A DNA stretch of 64,000 nucleotides from Candidatus Bathyarchaeota archaeon (lineage in GTDB: Archaea > Thermoproteota > Bathyarchaeia > Bathyarchaeales > Bathycorpusculaceae), in contig CAVZIW010000012.1 in NCBI GenBank assembly GCA_963775465.1, positions 32,001 to 96,000 on the forward strand, in the 5' to 3' direction. Position numbers and translations under genes: made by a program. Below are positions 60,472-64,000 of the stretch, piece after piece. How positions within the stretch are numbered: position 1 is the stretch's first letter; the number at the start of each line of letters is the position of its first letter. The notes beneath the pieces were generated by a model. That model was not told the origin of the DNA. It saw only the letters and a list, made by a program, of their open reading frames with translations, and did not search any database.

Positions 60472-61695
60472 ATGGTCTGGGGCATACTTAAAACCAAACG
60501 GGCGCAAACAGTTTTCTTTCTGATTCTGTGCATCATGGGGTTTTTTGCCATCCTAAGTTCAACCATGTCTAAAAACCCTGTTCTAAAACCCTTTGCCGCA
60601 AGCCTTGGAACGCCCGATGATTTGCTGGGCATAGTTGCTTCAGCTTCAACAATACCGGGCATTTTGATTAGTTTGCCTGCAGCGTCTTTATCTGATATCT
60701 TTGGCAGGCGTAAACTGCTGTTGTTTGCTGCTTTTGTTTTTGCTTCTGCACCTTTCTTGTATTTGGGGGTAAATTCTTGGTGGACGTTGGCGCTTGTGAG
60801 GTTTTATCATGGTTTTGCAACTGCGGTTTTTGTGCCTGTCGCTGAAGCGTCGATTGCGTTGTTGTTTCCTGAAAAACGTGGGGAACGTATGTCGTTGTTT
60901 AATTCGGCGACGGCTATGGGTAGGGCTTTGGCGCCTTTTTTGGGCGGATATTTGCTTTTTGCCACCAATGAGAGTTTCTTTTCGCTTTATGTGGCGGTTG
61001 GGATTGCTGGTGTGACTTCTTTGGTGATTGGGGTTCTTTTTTTGGCGGAGAGAAAAACCACTGATGTGCAGTTGGTTTCTCAGGAGAGGTCTGCGCGGGG
61101 AATTTTTGGCGGCTGGCTAACAATTATCAAGAATACCCACGTTTTAGGTGTGAGTTTTGTTCAGGCGATTCAGTACTATGTTTTTGGGGCAGTTGAATTC
61201 TTCTTGGTTGGTTACTTGACGGATGTTGTTGGTTTGAATCTGCTGTTGGTTGGAGCTATAACGGGTAGCGAAATAGTTGCGTTGGTAATTGCAAGACCAT
61301 TAGCTGGCAGGGCGTCTGATAGGATAGGAAGAACTAAACCAATTTTATTTGGCATAGTGGCTAGTTGCGTGTTTGTTGGCGTTATTCCCTTTGTTTCAGA
61401 TTTTTGGCTGCTGCTTTTTTTGGCGGTTGGCTACGGGGTTTCTTTTGCCACGGTGTTGTCTTCTACTTCGCCGTTGGTTTCTGATCTGGTTCCGGCAACG
61501 CTGGTTGGGGCTTCGATGGGTTTTCTTTCGACCACGATGGACATTGGGCAGACTTTGGGACCTATAGTTAGTGGTTTAATTTTTGCTAGTAGCCTGCGTT
61601 ATTTGGGTTTGTTTTTGTCGCTTGTTTTGTTGTTGGCTGTTTCGGCTGTAGTTTTTGTTATCTCAAAGCGGTCTCATTCGGTTTCTGCTGGCTGA
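60472..61695 (+). CDS. MFS transporter
   Basis: LSDIFGRRK and GRASDRIGR motifs; about 12 TM helices. Confidence 0.92.
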   Translation: MVWGILKTKRAQTVFFLILCIMGFFAILSSTMSKNPVLKPFAASLGTPDDLLGIVASASTIPGILISLPAASLSDIFGRRKLLLFAAFVFASAPFLYLGVNSWWTLALVRFYHGFATAVFVPVAEASIALLFPEKRGERMSLFNSATAMGRALAPFLGGYLLFATNESFFSLYVAVGIAGVTSLVIGVLFLAERKTTDVQLVSQERSARGIFGGWLTIIKNTHVLGVSFVQAIQYYVFGAVEFFLVGYLTDVVGLNLLLVGAITGSEIVALVIARPLAGRASDRIGRTKPILFGIVASCVFVGVIPFVSDFWLLLFLAVGYGVSFATVLSSTSPLVSDLVPATLVGASMGFLSTTMDIGQTLGPIVSGLIFASSLRYLGLFLSLVLLLAVSAVVFVISKRSHSVSAG

Positions 61696-61722
61696 TCTGT
61701 TTGTCTTTGTAGGAGTTTTCGT

Positions 61723-63045
61723 TTAGAATCCTAATTTTTTCTGCAGGGGCTTGATTAGTGGCGGCAACGCGAGGCTGCAAATTATCAATACAAATGCTGC
61801 ATTGTGGAATAAGATGAGATTGGTGTATACTGGTTCGGTGAATACGTTAAATCCGTAGTAAGTTACTGTGTCAACGCCGAAAGCCACAAACCCAGTCCAC
61901 TTCTCCAAGAAAAGAATGCTCTCAAGAAGCGATGTGAAAAGTAGGGCAACTCCAAACCCAACCAGACCAAGCCGGATGTAGAATTCTTTGGTTTTACGCT
62001 TAACTGACCCTAACAATAAGCTGGCTTTGTGGATCAAAGAAGCAGCGAGCAGACAGAAAAAGGGCAGCGCCACATAGTTGTATTTGAAAGCGCTAACGTA
62101 AGGCACTGTTAAATGGAACCCTAAAACAAAAACCAAATCCACAGCTACAACCGCTGCAATTGTTCCAACGCAAATGGCATCCAGCCACAAGAATTTCTTT
62201 AGCGTTTTTCGATAAATGGCTGCGAGTGCCAGTGTGAGTAAACCAGCTGCAAACAAGAACCACCCTGCACTCTTAACAAAGATGATGGGCAAAAAGAGCA
62301 ATGAAGGGTTTGCGACGAGTTCGGGATGTGTAAAGTCACTGCTGAAATACACTCCTAGAAAATTTTGGTTGGCAAAGCCTCCGAACCAAATTGCCTGCAG
62401 AATGATTGAGGGTGCAAGAAAAATCAATGCCTTTCGGATTGTGATTTTGAAGTTCCAGTCTTTGCGCAAGAAAATAATTAACAAGAGTGGAATTATCAGG
62501 AATATGGCGAAGAGTTTTGTCATGAAGGCAACTGCGAATAGGATTCCTGAGGTTAGGATGAGTTTTTCAGAGTTTTTCTTGACAGCTAAAATGCCCACAG
62601 TTAGGAATATTAGGCCAAAGAAGAGGAATTGGTTGTCGATTAGAAATATTCTTGAAATGTAGACATGCCATGGGACTAAGCCGAAGAGTGCTGCAGCCAC
62701 CAGCCCTGTGCGTTTATCATAAAGCAGTGTTCCCAAAGCATAGAGGGCAAGTACAATTCCTAACCCAAACGCAGTTGCAATGCCAACCCCGTTAAGGTAC
62801 GACAAACCCCAAACGTGAAAGATTGGTGCATCCATGTAGAAGCCAAGCGGCGGCTGATTAATCATAAGCCCCGTAGTGACAAAGGGAAAGCCTTTTGCGA
62901 TTACGTTTGAGGCAGCTTCAAACTCGAGCTGCGAATCCCAGTTGAAATAGGTTCCAGTGGATATCAAAACCAGAAAAGAGGCAAGCAGAACTCCTACTAT
63001 CGGGTAATGCTCGCTAAGATGTGTTTTGAGGTTTTTTGTTTCCAC
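61723..63045 (-). CDS. GT-C (family 39 / ArnT-PMT-like) glycosyltransferase
   Basis: WD..E, NQPPLG, SR.FLID and A.MTK motifs; many TM helices. Confidence 0.82.
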   Translation of the reverse strand: METKNLKTHLSEHYPIVGVLLASFLVLISTGTYFNWDSQLEFEAASNVIAKGFPFVTTGLMINQPPLGFYMDAPIFHVWGLSYLNGVGIATAFGLGIVLALYALGTLLYDKRTGLVAAALFGLVPWHVYISRIFLIDNQFLFFGLIFLTVGILAVKKNSEKLILTSGILFAVAFMTKLFAIFLIIPLLLIIFLRKDWNFKITIRKALIFLAPSIILQAIWFGGFANQNFLGVYFSSDFTHPELVANPSLLFLPIIFVKSAGWFLFAAGLLTLALAAIYRKTLKKFLWLDAICVGTIAAVVAVDLVFVLGFHLTVPYVSAFKYNYVALPFFCLLAASLIHKASLLLGSVKRKTKEFYIRLGLVGFGVALLFTSLLESILFLEKWTGFVAFGVDTVTYYGFNVFTEPVYTNLILFHNAAFVLIICSLALPPLIKPLQKKLGF

Positions 63046-63155
63046 TTGGTTGCCTCGTATATCATACTTGTGATGTTTTGTTTTTAAAAACTTGTTAACT
63101 TTCCTTCTGCAGAAAATTTTAAAGCAATCGCATATGTATTTTGCTCTGAGCACAA

Positions 63156-63482
63156 ATGGCTGGCAGAAAACTGTTTGTTTATCCCGTCGTGGTTTGGATG
63201 GTACTTAACATTTTAATCATGACTCTTTCGTTGCTTGGTGGCGATACGGCCGATCTAAACAACTACATAGAAATCGTCTTGTGGGTCGGCTCCATCGTAG
63301 GCCTCTTGTCGAGACGTAAGTGGGGTTTTGCCTTTGCCATTTTTACGTTGAGCTACACCTTGAGCACAAGCGTTGGCATCGTCATCTACTACGGCATCTG
63401 GATAAACGCCATCCGAGTAATCATAAACATCCCCATAATCATCTACCTGTTTAGAGAACTCTTTGAAGGCAAAACCAAGTAG
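63156..63482 (+). CDS. Small four-TM membrane protein
   Basis: Hydrophobic ORF with an RKWG motif. Confidence 0.7.
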   Translation: MAGRKLFVYPVVVWMVLNILIMTLSLLGGDTADLNNYIEIVLWVGSIVGLLSRRKWGFAFAIFTLSYTLSTSVGIVIYYGIWINAIRVIINIPIIIYLFRELFEGKTK

Positions 63483-63556
63483 CTGCAAAGTCACCTGCTT
63501 TTTATGGTAAGTTGCATAATTTTGGGTTTAATTTTAAAAGATGCAACAGTTAAAAT

Positions 63557-63763
63557 TCAAAACAATGTTGCAGCAGCATCAGCAGCATCTTCTCGCGCAC
63601 CGTTTGCTAAAGAAATGAGGAAACAACGAATTCGCATAGCTTTGCACTGAGCTAAAAGTAAAAAATTACCACGAAACTCGTTGACTAATTTTTGCGGCGG
63701 TTTAATGTGGTCCATCTCACTTACTGTAGTTACTGCAGGTTTGTCAACTCTTTTTTTATTCAC
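63557..63763 (-). CDS. Possible small hypothetical protein
   Basis: 68-aa ORF in otherwise empty space; no recognisable motif. Confidence 0.3.
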   Translation of the reverse strand: MNKKRVDKPAVTTVSEMDHIKPPQKLVNEFRGNFLLLAQCKAMRIRCFLISLANGAREDAADAAATLF

Positions 63764-64000
63764 TAGTCTATGCTGATTTTTTTATTTTTAGAAATATGTG
63801 GATATTTGTGTTATCTGTGGTGACTTCGATGGCAATGTTTTTTGTTCTCTTAATTGGTGTCGTTTTTGACCAATTTGCTAGGATTAGAAAGGTTTTGTTT
63901 GGTTTTAGGATTTTTGCAGTTCGCGGAAGGTTTCGGGAGGCTTGCCAAGAATAGTAGGTCTCAACAGCCGGCACTAGGTTGTTTTTTGTGGTAGATCAGC

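Noticed and set aside
289-63974. Numerous 60-150 aa antisense or nested ORFs in the track
   Set aside because: They are shadow ORFs overlapping well-supported genes, without motifs or independent start signals.

Overview
Archaeal chromosomal segment, most consistent with Bathyarchaeia. This is inferred from the co-occurrence of a eukaryote-like topoisomerase IB, Ftr, aRF1 with a Zn-finger insert, Alba, NAC, the aMBF1-hflX-trm56-tfe block and an eL22-like ORF. It holds about 65 protein genes, tRNA-Ala(TGC), tRNA-Val(TAC) and a fluoride (crcB) riboswitch. No rRNA, CRISPR array, integrase or transposase is recognisable. Seven genes are split by frameshifts, probably assembly errors. Most notable signals: (1) a dispersed intergenic hairpin element whose two clear copies differ by a compensated 3-bp stem extension; (2) an inverted pair of tRNA-3'-end-like arms that, with tRNA-Ala, brackets a lone Fic gene; (3) an hflX that appears to start at ACG inside the aMBF1 tail; (4) an hgcC-like/arsM operon facing a B12-radical SAM gene; (5) kilobase-scale switching of A/C versus G/T strand bias, sometimes inside genes. 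All product calls come from recognising motifs by eye; no database search was run.
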